Of a DNA stretch of 64,000 nucleotides, positions 28,574 to 39,568 are shown piece by piece. The notes under the pieces are model-generated. The model did no database searches, was not told the origin of the DNA, and was given only the letters and a program-made list of their open reading frames with translations. Position 1 is the stretch's first letter. Each line of letters begins with the position of its first letter. This stretch comes from an uncultured Actinomycetota bacterium (GTDB taxonomy: Bacteria; Actinomycetota; Actinomycetes; Propionibacteriales; Nocardioidaceae). The stretch lies in the NCBI GenBank assembly GCA_963753705.1, contig CAVWDJ010000002.1:437195-501194 (forward strand), given 5' to 3'. A program made the translations under genes and the position numbers.

Positions 28574-29877
28574 AGACCGCCCACGGTGAAGGCGATCATC
28601 GCCGCCAGCAGCGGGAGCTGGCCGGTCAGCTGGTGCTTCTTCGGCAGGATCTTGATCGCACGCTCGTGGGCCGCGATGACCCCGACCACGTGGCCCGCCA
28701 CGACCGCGACGACCTTGCTGTCGGCCAGGAAGGTCGGGTGGTAGGAGAGCCAGTAGGGGACCGCCCACGCACCGGTCCCGAGGAGGTTGCTGCCGTTGCT
28801 CAGCGGGTCGCTGGCCTGGATCAGGGTCTGGGTACCGATCTCGACGAAGTAGCTCAGGTAGTGGGCCACGATGTAGCCGGCGATGATCGGGATCACGGAG
28901 AAGGCGAACTGGGCCGGCAGGTCGCGACGCCGGAGGTCGGAGCCCACGCCCGTGGCCATGGATCCCACCGCCAGCACGAGGCCGACACCCACGCAGAAGC
29001 CCAGCAGGCCCAAGTTGTTCTGGAGGTACGTCGAGTAGCCGTTGTCCTGGATGAACGTCAGCCATCGCGTCGACTCGCGGAAGGCGTCGAAGGCGGTGCT
29101 GCCGAACAGCACGGAGACGACTGCGACCAGACCCGGGGTCGGTGCGGTGGTGTCGAGGTTGGCCAGAGGGCTACGGATCACGAGCAGGTCGTCGCGACGG
29201 CCCCAGATCGAGAGCTGGGCGATCAGCGTGGAGTACACCTCGAACGGGTCGGCGCGCTCGTAGAACCGGTTCCCGAACAGCGCGCCGCCGAGGATCATCA
29301 GGGCGAGGTAGATCGCCATCCACAACCGGACCGGGCCGAGGTCGACGTTGTGGGTGTAGACCAGCTCCATCCAGACGAAGGCGTAGAGACCGACCGCGGC
29401 CGGCCACATGCCGAGCTTCTCGGGGTAGGTGAGGACGCCGACGTCCGGGTCGCCCCGCGAGAGCCGCGCGAGCCCGCCGTTGATCAGGCGGAAGGGGCTG
29501 ATCGCCTTCCACACGCGACCGAACAGCAGCGAGGCGACGACCATGCCGACCCAGATCCAGACGTAGAAGATGCCGAAGATCGGGTTGATCAGCAGGTCCT
29601 TGCCACGCACGGCGACGAGCACGAGGTAGATCAGGCCGAGCAGTCCCACCAGGCGGAGCAGGCCGCGGTAGAGCGTGGAGTCGATGATCCGGGCCAGCCA
29701 GGCAGGTGCGGGCCGGCCGCTGGTCGCGGCGTCGTAGCGCGGCGTGCGCCACGCGAGCACGAGCACGACGAACGAGACGGCGACGGCCGCCGCGGCGCCG
29801 AGGATGGCGAGCTCGCGGGAGATCGGCAGGTCCTGCGCGCCGCCCAGACCGTGGGCGGGCAGGAGGAGGACGGTCAC
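28552..29877 (-). CDS. Conserved multi-TM membrane protein of unknown function
   Basis: 441 aa, about 10 TM; AHGLGGAQDLP at the N-terminus, GYIVAHY and GHVVGVIAAHE near the C-terminus. Confidence 0.8.
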   Translation of the reverse strand: MTVLLLPAHGLGGAQDLPISRELAILGAAAAVAVSFVVLVLAWRTPRYDAATSGRPAPAWLARIIDSTLYRGLLRLVGLLGLIYLVLVAVRGKDLLINPIFGIFYVWIWVGMVVASLLFGRVWKAISPFRLINGGLARLSRGDPDVGVLTYPEKLGMWPAAVGLYAFVWMELVYTHNVDLGPVRLWMAIYLALMILGGALFGNRFYERADPFEVYSTLIAQLSIWGRRDDLLVIRSPLANLDTTAPTPGLVAVVSVLFGSTAFDAFRESTRWLTFIQDNGYSTYLQNNLGLLGFCVGVGLVLAVGSMATGVGSDLRRRDLPAQFAFSVIPIIAGYIVAHYLSYFVEIGTQTLIQASDPLSNGSNLLGTGAWAVPYWLSYHPTFLADSKVVAVVAGHVVGVIAAHERAIKILPKKHQLTGQLPLLAAMIAFTVGGLYLLFSS

Positions 29878-30248
29878 TGGGCCTGGAGGACGAAGAGCGT
29901 CTTGTTGAGGTCGTGCGACTCGACGGTGATCCGCCCCGGGGCCGTGATCGGCGCGACCGTGATGGTGCTGGAGCCCTTGTCGTACTCGAGCTCCTGCTCC
30001 GGCGTCGAGTGCACGTGGATCTCGCCGGGCGCGTCAGCCGTGACGTCGAGCTCGATCGGCTGACCGACGTCGACCTTGATCAGCTCGCCGTTCGGGGTCA
30101 CCGAGTCTCCGCTGAAGGTCACGTCGATGACCTTGGTGGGCGGTGGCCCCGAGCCCTGGCTCGCGGAGCTGCCGGTGCTGCTGCCGCATCCGGCGAGAAC
30201 GACGGCGGCGAGCAGCGCAGAGACGAGCGCGGCGACCAGTCGGCGCAT
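29874..30248 (-). CDS. Lipoprotein with cupredoxin-like beta-sandwich
   Basis: Lipobox LAGC, S/G/P linker, VGQPIELDVTADAPGEIHVH...PGRITVESH. Stop overlaps the next start. Confidence 0.7.
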   Translation of the reverse strand: MRRLVAALVSALLAAVVLAGCGSSTGSSASQGSGPPPTKVIDVTFSGDSVTPNGELIKVDVGQPIELDVTADAPGEIHVHSTPEQELEYDKGSSTITVAPITAPGRITVESHDLNKTLFVLQAQ

Positions 30249-30345
30249 GTGGTGTGGCCTTTCTCGCAGGCGGACCTGGATGGTCCGTCACGGACGCTCT
30301 GCCAGAATCCCATGCGGGACAAGACTCGAGGCATGGGGGTGGCGG

Positions 30346-31803
30346 ATGAGTGAGCGGCTACGGGCGCGCGACCTGGCGTTCCTGACGGCCGAGACCCCGA
30401 CGACGCCGATGCACAACGCGACGGTGGAGATCTTCGACCCCGGCACGTCCGGGTTCGACCACGACACCCTCGTCCAGCTGATCGCCGACCGGATCGCGTT
30501 CGTGCCGCGCTACCGCCAGCGCGTGCGCTGGGTGCCCGCCCACCTCGCCAACCCGGTCTGGGACGACGACCCCCACTTCGAGCTCGGCTACCACGTACGT
30601 CGCTCGGCCCTGCCGCGTCCGGGGAGCATGGACCAGCTGCGTGAGCTGGTCGCGCGCATCGTCTCCCGGCCCCTGGACCGCAACCGGCCGCTGTGGGAGG
30701 TGTACTTCGTCGAGGGGCTCGAGGGCGGCCGCGTCGCCGTGCTGTCCAAGGCACACCAGGCCCTGGTGGACGGCGCTCAGATCGTCGACCTCGCCCAGGT
30801 GCTGCTCGACCGCACCCCGCAGCTACGCGAGCTCGGGGCGGACGAGTGGCGGCCCGGTCGCCCCGTCTCGTCGACCGGTCTGGCGCTGGAGGCGGTCCGC
30901 GACACCCTCGCGTCCCCGTCCATCGCGATCGAGACCGTGCGTGGCTCGACTGACGCGTGGTGGCGGGGAGCCGACGCGGCCGCGCGCCGCGTCGGGACCG
31001 TCGTCAACGCGCTCACCAACCGCCGCTCCGAGCAGGACACCCCGATCACCGGGACGCTGTCGCAGCAGCGCCTCTTCGTGACCGTACGACGCCCGCTCGC
31101 CGAGCACCGGCGGGTGCGCGACGCACACGGCGGCACCGTCAACGACGTGATCCTGGCGACCGTGACCGGAGGACTGAGGGCCTGGCTGATGACGCGGGCC
31201 GAGTCGCTCGGCGGGCTCCGCCAGGTCCGCGCCGTGGTGCCGGTCTCGGTGCACGACGCCGAGCTCGAGGCCACCTCGCTCGGGACCCAGATCGCCCCGC
31301 ACTTCGTCGACCTCCCCGTGGGGGAGCCGAGCCCGGTCGTCCGGCTGCACCAGGTGTCCTACTCCTTCAAGGCCCACGAGGACACCGGGCGTGCGGTCGC
31401 GGCCAACCGGATCGCCGGGATCTCCGGGTTCGCGCCGTCGACGTTCCATGCGATCGGGTCGCGAGTCGCCGCCGCCGAGGTGCGGCGCGGCTTCCAGCTC
31501 TCGGTGACCAACGTGCCCGGTCCACAGTCGCCGCTCTACGCCGCGGGAGCCGAGATGGAGCAGACCTACCCGGTGCCGCCGCTGCTGCCCGGGCATGCCC
31601 TCGCGATCGGCGTCACGTCGTACGACGGCTCGGTCTTCTACGGCGTCACCGCCGACCGCGACCTCGTGCCCGACGCCGACACGTTCGCCGTCTGCCTCGG
31701 CGAGGCCCTCGACGAGCTGCTCGACACCGTCGGCGACGCACGGCCGACGGTGCGGCGCGGCCGCACCCGCAAGCCGGCGCGCAAGCCGAGCGGCAGGCCA
31801 TGA
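30346..31803 (+). CDS. WS/DGAT-family acyltransferase-like protein
   Basis: DLAFLTAETPTTPMH, RPLDRNRPLWEVY, KAHQALVDG, GTVNDVILA, TNVPGP, IGVTSYDG. Confidence 0.9.
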   Translation: MSERLRARDLAFLTAETPTTPMHNATVEIFDPGTSGFDHDTLVQLIADRIAFVPRYRQRVRWVPAHLANPVWDDDPHFELGYHVRRSALPRPGSMDQLRELVARIVSRPLDRNRPLWEVYFVEGLEGGRVAVLSKAHQALVDGAQIVDLAQVLLDRTPQLRELGADEWRPGRPVSSTGLALEAVRDTLASPSIAIETVRGSTDAWWRGADAAARRVGTVVNALTNRRSEQDTPITGTLSQQRLFVTVRRPLAEHRRVRDAHGGTVNDVILATVTGGLRAWLMTRAESLGGLRQVRAVVPVSVHDAELEATSLGTQIAPHFVDLPVGEPSPVVRLHQVSYSFKAHEDTGRAVAANRIAGISGFAPSTFHAIGSRVAAAEVRRGFQLSVTNVPGPQSPLYAAGAEMEQTYPVPPLLPGHALAIGVTSYDGSVFYGVTADRDLVPDADTFAVCLGEALDELLDTVGDARPTVRRGRTRKPARKPSGRP

Positions 31804-32159
31804 GGCTCTACCTCCCGGCGACCCTCGAGACCCTCGCGGAGCTGGACACCGACGGGGTGATCGGCGTCGGTGACGACGTGGTGGTCGCAGAGGGCGACTC
31901 CGAGGACCTGGAGTACGACGCGCTGATGACGGCCGCGGAGTCGGCGGCAGCCCTGGCGGCCGAGCTCGAGCCGGGGGAGCGCCGCCGCGTGGTGGTGGTG
32001 GCCGAGGTGCCCGGCGGCCGGCTCCCGGCGCGGATCTCCTTCACGGACGTGGTCGCCGTCCATGCCGATCCCGACGACGTACCCGAGGAGGGAGCCGAGC
32101 CCGACGACGACCTCGGCTGGTACGCCACCCAGGAGATCGCCACCCTGCTGCGTGGGTGA
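31800..32159 (+). CDS. Conserved actinobacterial protein (DUF6912-like)
   Basis: MRLYLPATL...EDLEYDAL...RRVVVVAEV...AVHAD...LGWYATQEI; ATGA overlap. Confidence 0.8.
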   Translation: MRLYLPATLETLAELDTDGVIGVGDDVVVAEGDSEDLEYDALMTAAESAAALAAELEPGERRRVVVVAEVPGGRLPARISFTDVVAVHADPDDVPEEGAEPDDDLGWYATQEIATLLRG

Positions 32160-32227
32160 GAGGCGCCGGACCGTGCGTCGCGACGCGAGAATTGAGCCCG
32201 CTCGGCTTGTCTGACAACATCGCGGGC

Positions 32228-33856
32228 ATGGACGCCGTCACCCACCCGCCGCACCCCGTCAACGAGCCCAACCTGACGTACGCACCGGGCAGCGCCGAGC
32301 GTGAGGCGCTGCTGCTGGAGCTCGAGCGGCAGGAGCGTCGTCAGGTCACGCTGCGCGCACACATCGGCGGCCGGCGGCGCAACGGCGGCGGGGCCGAGAT
32401 CCAGGTCGTCCAGCCTCACGACCACCAGCACGTCCTCGGCACCCTGAAGGCCGCGACGCAGCGCGACACCGAGGCTGCGATCAAGGCCGCGAAGGATGCC
32501 GCGCCGGGCTGGCAGGCGCTGTCGTTCGACGACCGGGCCGCGATCATCCTCAAGGCCGCCGACCTGCTCGCGGGCCCCTGGCGTCAGCGGCTCAACGCCG
32601 CCACGATGCTCGGCCAGTCCAAGACGGCGTTCCAGGCCGAGATCGACGCCGCGTGCGAGCTGATCGACTTCTGGCGCTTCAACGTCCACTTCGCCCGCCA
32701 GATCCTCGCCGAGCAGCCGATCGCCAACAGCCCGGGCATCTGGAACCGCACCGACTACCGCCCGCTCGAGGGCTTCGTCTACGCGATCACGCCCTTCAAC
32801 TTCTCCGCGATCGCGGGCAACCTGCCGACAGCACCCGCCCTGATGGGCAACACCGTCATCTGGAAGCCGGCCGTCACGCAGCAGCTCGCGGCCAACCTCA
32901 CCATGGAGCTGCTCGAGGAGGCCGGGCTACCGCCGGGCGTCATCAACATGCTCCCCGGCCACGGCCACGACGTCTCTGACGTCGCGCTCGCGCACCCCGA
33001 CCTGGCCGGCATCCACTTCACCGGCTCGACCGGCGTCTTCCACCACCTGTGGCAGACCGTCGGAGCCAACATCGCGTCCTACCGCTCCTACCCGCGGATC
33101 GTCGGTGAGACCGGCGGCAAGGACTTCGTGGTCGCCCACCCCAGCGCCGACCCCGACGTGCTGCGCACCGCGCTGATCCGTGGGGCCTTCGAGTACCAGG
33201 GCCAGAAGTGCAGCGCCGCCTCGCGCGCCTACGTCGCGAAGTCGGTGTGGGCGAAGATGCGTGACCAGTTCGTGGCCGAGGTCGAGGGCCTCACCATGGG
33301 CGACGTCACCGACCTGTCCCACTTCATGGGTGCCGTGATCGACGACCGTGCGTTCGCCAAGCACAAGAGCGCCATCACGCGGGCCAAGCGCAACAGCCAC
33401 CTGTCGATCCTCGCCGGCGGGCAGGTGGACGACTCGGTGGGCTACTTCGTCCGGCCCACGGTCGTGCAGTCGACGGACCCCAAGGACCAGATGTTCTCCA
33501 CGGAGTACTTCGGGCCGATCCTCGCCGTCCACGTCTACGACGACAGCCGCTACGACCGGGTCCTCCAGCAGATGGAGTCGTTCGCGCCGTACGCCCTCAC
33601 CGGCTCGATCATCGCCCAGGACCGGCGTGCGATCGCCGAGGCGCAGGACCTCCTCCGCTTCGCGGCGGGCAACTTCTACGTCAACGACAAGCCGACCGGT
33701 GCGGTCGTGGGCCAGCAGCCCTTCGGCGGCGCCCGGGCCTCGGGCACCAACGACAAGGCCGGGTCGGCCGCGAACCTGATGCGCTGGACCAGCCCGCGCT
33801 CCATCAAGGAGACGTTCGTCCCGCCGAAGGACTACCGCTACCCCCACATGGGCTGA
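32228..33856 (+). CDS. pruA: L-glutamate gamma-semialdehyde (P5C) dehydrogenase
   Basis: NEP, DAACELIDFWRFN, FNFSAI, FTGST, GETGGKD, FEYQGQKCSA, EYFGP, GNFYVNDKPTGAVVGQQPFGG. Confidence 0.95.
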   Translation: MDAVTHPPHPVNEPNLTYAPGSAEREALLLELERQERRQVTLRAHIGGRRRNGGGAEIQVVQPHDHQHVLGTLKAATQRDTEAAIKAAKDAAPGWQALSFDDRAAIILKAADLLAGPWRQRLNAATMLGQSKTAFQAEIDAACELIDFWRFNVHFARQILAEQPIANSPGIWNRTDYRPLEGFVYAITPFNFSAIAGNLPTAPALMGNTVIWKPAVTQQLAANLTMELLEEAGLPPGVINMLPGHGHDVSDVALAHPDLAGIHFTGSTGVFHHLWQTVGANIASYRSYPRIVGETGGKDFVVAHPSADPDVLRTALIRGAFEYQGQKCSAASRAYVAKSVWAKMRDQFVAEVEGLTMGDVTDLSHFMGAVIDDRAFAKHKSAITRAKRNSHLSILAGGQVDDSVGYFVRPTVVQSTDPKDQMFSTEYFGPILAVHVYDDSRYDRVLQQMESFAPYALTGSIIAQDRRAIAEAQDLLRFAAGNFYVNDKPTGAVVGQQPFGGARASGTNDKAGSAANLMRWTSPRSIKETFVPPKDYRYPHMG

Positions 33857-33865
33857 GCGGTCGGA

Positions 33866-33895
33866 GCGATCCGCGGCGAGCCTGCTCGCAAGGCC
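33866..33895. repeat. ~30-bp REP-like palindrome, copy B
   Basis: Reverse complement GGCCTTGCGAGCAGGCTCGCCGCGGATCGC matches 21266-21296. Confidence 0.7.
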
Positions 33896-33933
33896 GTCTG
33901 ACACCGGCCACGCGGGTGACGCTGCCGGCAGCC

Positions 33934-34428
33934 TCAGACCCGCCACTCGCCGGCGAGCCACTTCACGCCCACCGTGTTCTCGGCCTCGAAGACGCGGCCC
34001 ACGAAGCCCGCGATCAGGTCCTCGACCTTGCCGCCGACGAACGGCATCGACACGGTGACCGCGATGTCGATGCGCTGGACCACGTCGTCTCCGGACTGCT
34101 CGAGCGTCTCGGTGCCCACGATCTCGCCGGGCTTGCCGGGGATGGTGACGTGGAGGTCGGCGCCGGCCGGCGACTGCCACGTCTCCTCCTGGACGAACCG
34201 GATCTCGCTGCCGACCAGCTTCTGGGCGAAGCCGGGGATCCGGTCGGTCCCATGCGCCTGCTCGATCCGGACGTCCATCCCGTCGCCCTCGGCCGAGATC
34301 TGGCAGTCGAAGTCGACGACCTGCTGATAGTCCGCGACGGCCTTCCGGTAGGCCGGGTCAGCGAACATCGCGAACACGTCGTCCACGGTGGTGCCGGGGT
34401 AGGTCAGGGCATGGTTCACGCGCTTCAT
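33934..34428 (-). CDS. DUF2505 (START-like) protein
   Basis: TVDDVFAMFADPAY...IPGFAQKLVG...QEETW...IPGKPGEIVG...VSMPFVGGKVE. Confidence 0.85.
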   Translation of the reverse strand: MKRVNHALTYPGTTVDDVFAMFADPAYRKAVADYQQVVDFDCQISAEGDGMDVRIEQAHGTDRIPGFAQKLVGSEIRFVQEETWQSPAGADLHVTIPGKPGEIVGTETLEQSGDDVVQRIDIAVTVSMPFVGGKVEDLIAGFVGRVFEAENTVGVKWLAGEWRV

Positions 34429-34580
34429 GCGGACATCATGCCGGGTTCCGGCAGGCACGCGGAGACCGCCCACGAGGCTTTCGGAGAACGCCTCCGCTGA
34501 GCGGGATTCTCGACGTACGGCGACGCTCCGAGCCGCAGTTTGTCCGCGGGTGCCGGGAGTCCTAACCTCGGGTTGTGTCA

Positions 34581-37500
34581 ATGACGACCGGCCTGTCGAC
34601 CAACCCCGAGAAGACCCACCTGCTCACCCAGGCGATCGCTCTCGCGGAACGCAGCTCCGGTACCGGCGGACCGCCCCACGACGAGGTCGCTCCTCTCCTC
34701 CGCGCCTACTACCGCCACGTGTCGACCGACGACATCGGCGACCGCTCCGCGGAGGAGCTGTACGGCGCGCTGGTCTCCCACTACCGCACGGCCGACGTCC
34801 GCCCCCAGGGCACGGCCAGCGTCCACGTGTTCACGCCGACCCTCGCCGAGCACGGCTGGTCGGCCGGCGGCCACTCCGTCGTCGAGGTGGTCACCGACGA
34901 CATGCCGTTCCTGGTCGACTCGGTCGCGATGGAGCTGACCCGGCAGCAGCGCGACGTACACCTGGTCATCCACCCCCAGTTCGACGTCACCCGCGACGTC
35001 ACGGGCCGGCTCGAGCAGATCGACTGCCCCGACAACGAGTCCGCCGAGCCGCCCGAGGGCGCCGAGCGGGAGTCGTGGATGCACGTCGAGATCAGCCGGA
35101 TCGGGCACGACGAGGACGTCGACGCGATCGCCCAGGACGTGCAGCGGGTGCTCCGCGACGTCCGCGAGTCCGTCGAGGACTGGGACCGGATGCGCCAGCA
35201 GGCCGGGCTGATCGTCGACGAGCTGCGGGCCGACCCGCCGGCCTCGATCGCGACCGACGAGCTCGAGCAGGGTGTCGCCTTCCTCGAGTGGCTGTGCGCC
35301 GACCACTTCACGTTCCTCGGCTACCGGGAGTACCACCTCGAGCACGACGACGGCGACCACCTGCGGGGTGTGCCCGGGTCGGGCTACGGCATCCTGCGCA
35401 ACGACCCCGACATGTCGTCGGCGTCGGGCAAGCTGCCGCCCAAGGTCGCAGAGATGGCGCGTGAGCACACCCTGCTGGTGCTGGCGAAGGCCAACTCCCG
35501 CTCCACCGTGCACCGCCCCGCCTACCTCGACTACGTCGGCGTGAAGATGTTCGACGACCAGGGCGAGGTCGTCGGCGAGCGCCGCTTCCTCGGCCTGTTC
35601 TCCAGCGCCGCCTACACCCAGTCCGTGTGGCAGGTGCCGCTGCTGCGCGAGAAGGCCAAGGCGGTGCTCGAGATCGTCGGCCTCGACCCCCACAGCCACG
35701 CCGGCAAGGCCCTCATCGACACCCTCGAGACCTACCCGCGCGACGAGCTGTTCCACACCCCGGTCGACGAGCTCGCCGCCATGGCCACGCGTGTCATGGA
35801 GACCCGCGGGCGCCGACAGCTCCGGATCTTCGTCCGCCGCGACACCTACGGCCGCTACGTCAGCGTGCTGGTCTTCCTGCCCCGCGACCGCTACAACACC
35901 GCCGTCCGCGAGCGCTTCTCCGAGATCCTCAAGGAGAGCTTCGGCGGCGAGTCCGTCGAGTTCACGGTCCGGATGAGCGAGTCGACCACCGCACGCGTCC
36001 ACTTCGTGGTCCATCCGCCGCGCGGGATGGCCATCCCCGACGTCGACGTCACCGACCTCGAGCGTCAGCTGACCGACGCGTCGCGCTCGTGGCGCGACGA
36101 CTTCACCGCCGCCACCATCACCGAGTTCGGCGAGGACGTCGGGTCGCGGCTCGCCCGCACCTTCGAGGCGTCGTTCCCCGAGGCCTACAAGGAGGACTTC
36201 TCCGCGGCCACCGGAGCGCTCGACCTCGGCCGGCTCGAGCGGCTGGGTGAGGCCGGGACCGACCTGTCGCTGTTCTCCCCGCTCGACGCCGCCCGGGGCG
36301 AGGCCCGGCTCAAGGTGTTCCGGCGGGGCCGCCCGATCTCGCTCTCGCAGGTGCTGCCCGCCTTGTCGTCGATGGGGGTGGAGGTCGTCGACGAGCGGCC
36401 CTACCAGCTCGACCACGTCGACCACCCGTCCTACATCTACGAGTTCGGGCTGCGCTACGCGCCCGGCATGCCCGACCACACGCGCGAGGCGTTCCAGGAC
36501 ACCATCCGCGCGGTGTGGGACGGCTACAACGAGATCGACGGCTTCAACGCCCTGGTCCTCGGAGCCGGCCTGACCTGGCGGCAGGCCACCGTGCTGCGGG
36601 CCTACGCCAAGTACATGAAGCAGGGCAACAGCCCGTTCGCCGTCGACTACATCGAGGAGGCGCTGCGCGGCAACACCGACATCACGCGCCTGCTCGTGCA
36701 GCTCTTCGAGGCCCGCTTCGACCCCGGCCGCAACGGTCTCGGGTGCCGACGCCGAGGCCCGTACGGCGCGGCTCGACGAGATCGTCACCCGGATCCAGCG
36801 GGCGCTCGACGACGTCGCGAGCCTCGACCACGACCGGATCCTGCGGTCCTACCTCACCCACATCCGGGCGACCCTGCGCACCAACTACTTCCAGCTCGGC
36901 GACGACGACAAGCCCCATGCCTACATGTCCTTCAAGCTCGAGCCGTCGGAGATCCCCGACCTGCCCCAGCCGCGACCGCGCTTCGAGATCTTCGTCTACT
37001 CGCCCCGCGTCGAGGGCGTCCACCTGCGCTTCGGCGCGGTCGCACGCGGCGGGCTGCGCTGGTCCGACCGGCGCGACGACTTCCGGACCGAGGTGCTCGG
37101 CCTGGTCAAGGCGCAGATGGTCAAGAACACCGTGATCGTGCCCGTCGGCGCGAAGGGCGGCTTCTTCTGCAAGCAGCTGCCCGACCCGTCCGACCGCGAC
37201 GCCTGGCTGGCCGAGGGGATCGCCTGCTACAAGACCTTCATCTGCGGGCTGCTCGACATCACCGACAACCTCGTCGACGGGCAGAACGTGCCGCCCGAGG
37301 GCGTCGTACGTCACGACTCCGACGACTCCTACCTCGTCGTCGCCGCCGACAAGGGCACCGCGACGTTCTCCGACATCGCCAACGGCGTCGCCCAGGACTA
37401 CGGCTTCTGGCTCGGCGACGCGTTCGCGTCCGGTGGCTCGGTGGGCTACGACCACAAGGCGATGGGCATCACCGCCCGCGGCGCCTGGGTGTCGGTGCAG

Positions 37501-39462
37501 CGCCACTTCCGCGAGCGCGGTGTCGACTGCCAGACCGAGGACTTCACCTGCGTCGGGATCGGTGACATGTCGGGCGACGTGTTCGGCAACGGGCTGCTCT
37601 GCTCCGAGCACACCCTGCTGGTCGCCGCCTTCGACCACCGCGACATCTTCCTCGACCCGACCCCCGACCCCGCTGCGTCGTTCGCCGAGCGCAAGCGGAT
37701 GTTCGGGCTGCCGCGCTCGAGCTGGCAGGACTACGACGCCTCGCTGATCTCGGAGGGCGGCGGGGTCTACCCGCGCTCGCTCAAGTCGATCGCGATCACC
37801 CCGCAGGTCCGCAAGGCGCTCGACCTCGGGGCCGACGTGGCCGCGATGACGCCCGCCGAGCTGATGAAGGCGATCCTGCAGGCCCCGGTCGACCTGCTCT
37901 GGAACGGCGGCATCGGCACCTACGTGAAGGCGAGCGACGAGACGCACGCCGACGCCGGTGACAAGGCCAATGACGCGATCCGCATCGACGGCCGCGACCT
38001 GCGCGCGCGGTGCGTGGGGGAGGGCGGCAACCTCGGGCTGACCCAGCTCGGCCGGATCGAGTACGCCCAGGACGGCGCCGACCGCCACGGCGGCGCGATC
38101 AACACCGACTTCATCGACAACTCGGCCGGTGTCGACACCTCCGACCACGAGGTGAACATCAAGATCCTGCTCGACCGGGTCGTCCGCGACGGCGACCTCA
38201 CCGAGAAGCAGCGCAACCTCCTCCTCGCCGACATGACCGACGAGGTCGCGGCCCTGGTGCTGCGCGACAACTACGAGCAGAACCTCGCCCTGGCCAACGC
38301 CGACGCCAACGCCACCTCGCTGCTCCACGTCCACGAGGACTGGATGAAGAGCCTCGAGCGCTCCGGGGTGCTCAACCGTGAGCTCGAGGGCCTGCCGACC
38401 TCCCGCGCCGTACGACGGCGGGCCGAGCGCGGCGAGGGGCTCACCACCCCCGAGCTGTCGGTGCTGCTCGCCTGGACCAAGATCGTCCTGGCCGAGAAGC
38501 TGATCGGCTCCGACCTCCCCGACGACCCCTACTGCCACGTCGACCTGATGGCCTACTTCCCGACCCAGCTGCGCGAGGGGTTCGAGGCCGCGATCGCCCG
38601 CCACCCGCTGCGCCGCGAGATCATCGTGACCCAGGTCGTCAACGACCTGGTGAACGGCGCCGGCATGACCTACTGGCCGCGGCTGACGGGGGAGACGGGC
38701 GCGACGCCGGAGGAGCTGACCCGGGCCAACTTCGTGGCCCGGGAGATCTACGGATCGCTGCCGCTGCGCGACGAGATCAGGACCTTCGACAACGTCCTCG
38801 ACGCCAGCACCCAGACGCTGATGCGGATCGAGATGCGCACCCTCGTCGAGCGCGCGTCCCGCTGGCTGGTCAACAACCGGCGCCCTCCGCTCGACAGCCA
38901 GGGCACGGTCGACTACTTCCGGGGTCCGGTGGCCACGCTCGTGGGCGAGCTTCCGTCGTTGCTCACGGGTCGCGAGCTGCGGGCCTACGAGGGCCGCCTC
39001 AAGACGCTGGTCGACCTGCGGGTGCCCGAGGAGCTGGCCAGCCGCGTCGCCGTCCTCCACCCGGCGTACATGCTGCTCGGCGTGATCGAGATCGCCGACC
39101 GGTTGTCGCTCGACCCCGTCCAGGTCGCGCGCCTGCACTTCGCGCTCGGCGAGCGGCTCGGGCTGCCCGACCTGGTGACCCGGATTCTGGAGCTGCCCCG
39201 TGACGATCGGTGGCAGACGATGGCCAGGGCGGCGCTGCGCGACGACGTGTACGCCGTGCACGCGCAGCTGACCGCGCAGGTGCTCCGCGACACCTCCGCC
39301 GACGACTCGGTGCCCACCCGGATCGCGGAGTGGGAAGAGGGCGACAGCGTGGTGGTCCAGCGGGCGGCGTCGGTCCTGCAGGAGATCTGCCAGGACGACA
39401 ACGCCGACCTCGCCCGGATGTCGGTAGGTCTCCGGGTCGTCCGCGGGCTGCTCGCCAACTGA
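34581..39462 (+). pseudogene. Large NAD-specific glutamate dehydrogenase, split by a +1 frameshift at about 36741-36744 (pseudogene or sequencing error)
   Basis: Frame 1 is GDH-like (DDMPFLVDS, FTFLGYREY, ETYPRDELF, LRAYAKY) up to FDPGRNGL. After one extra G the +1 frame resumes ADAEARTARLDEIV...SLDHDRILR and continues through ARGGLRWSDRRDDFRTE, VPVGAKGG, VAADKGTATFSD, GYDHK, GEGGNLG, NTDFIDNSAGVDTSDHEVNIKI. Confidence 0.9.
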
Positions 39463-39568
39463 GCAGGGGACCTCGGGAAGGTCTCGCCGTGTAAGACCCA
39501 GTCGCGGGATGCGCGTCGTACAAATGGATTCGTGGTCTGTCGGTGCCCAGGGTTACAGTCGACCAACG

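Noticed and set aside
36735-36750. Programmed ribosomal frameshift in gdh
   Set aside because: No slippery heptamer, hungry codon or stop at the shift site is evident; large GDHs are normally single ORFs.
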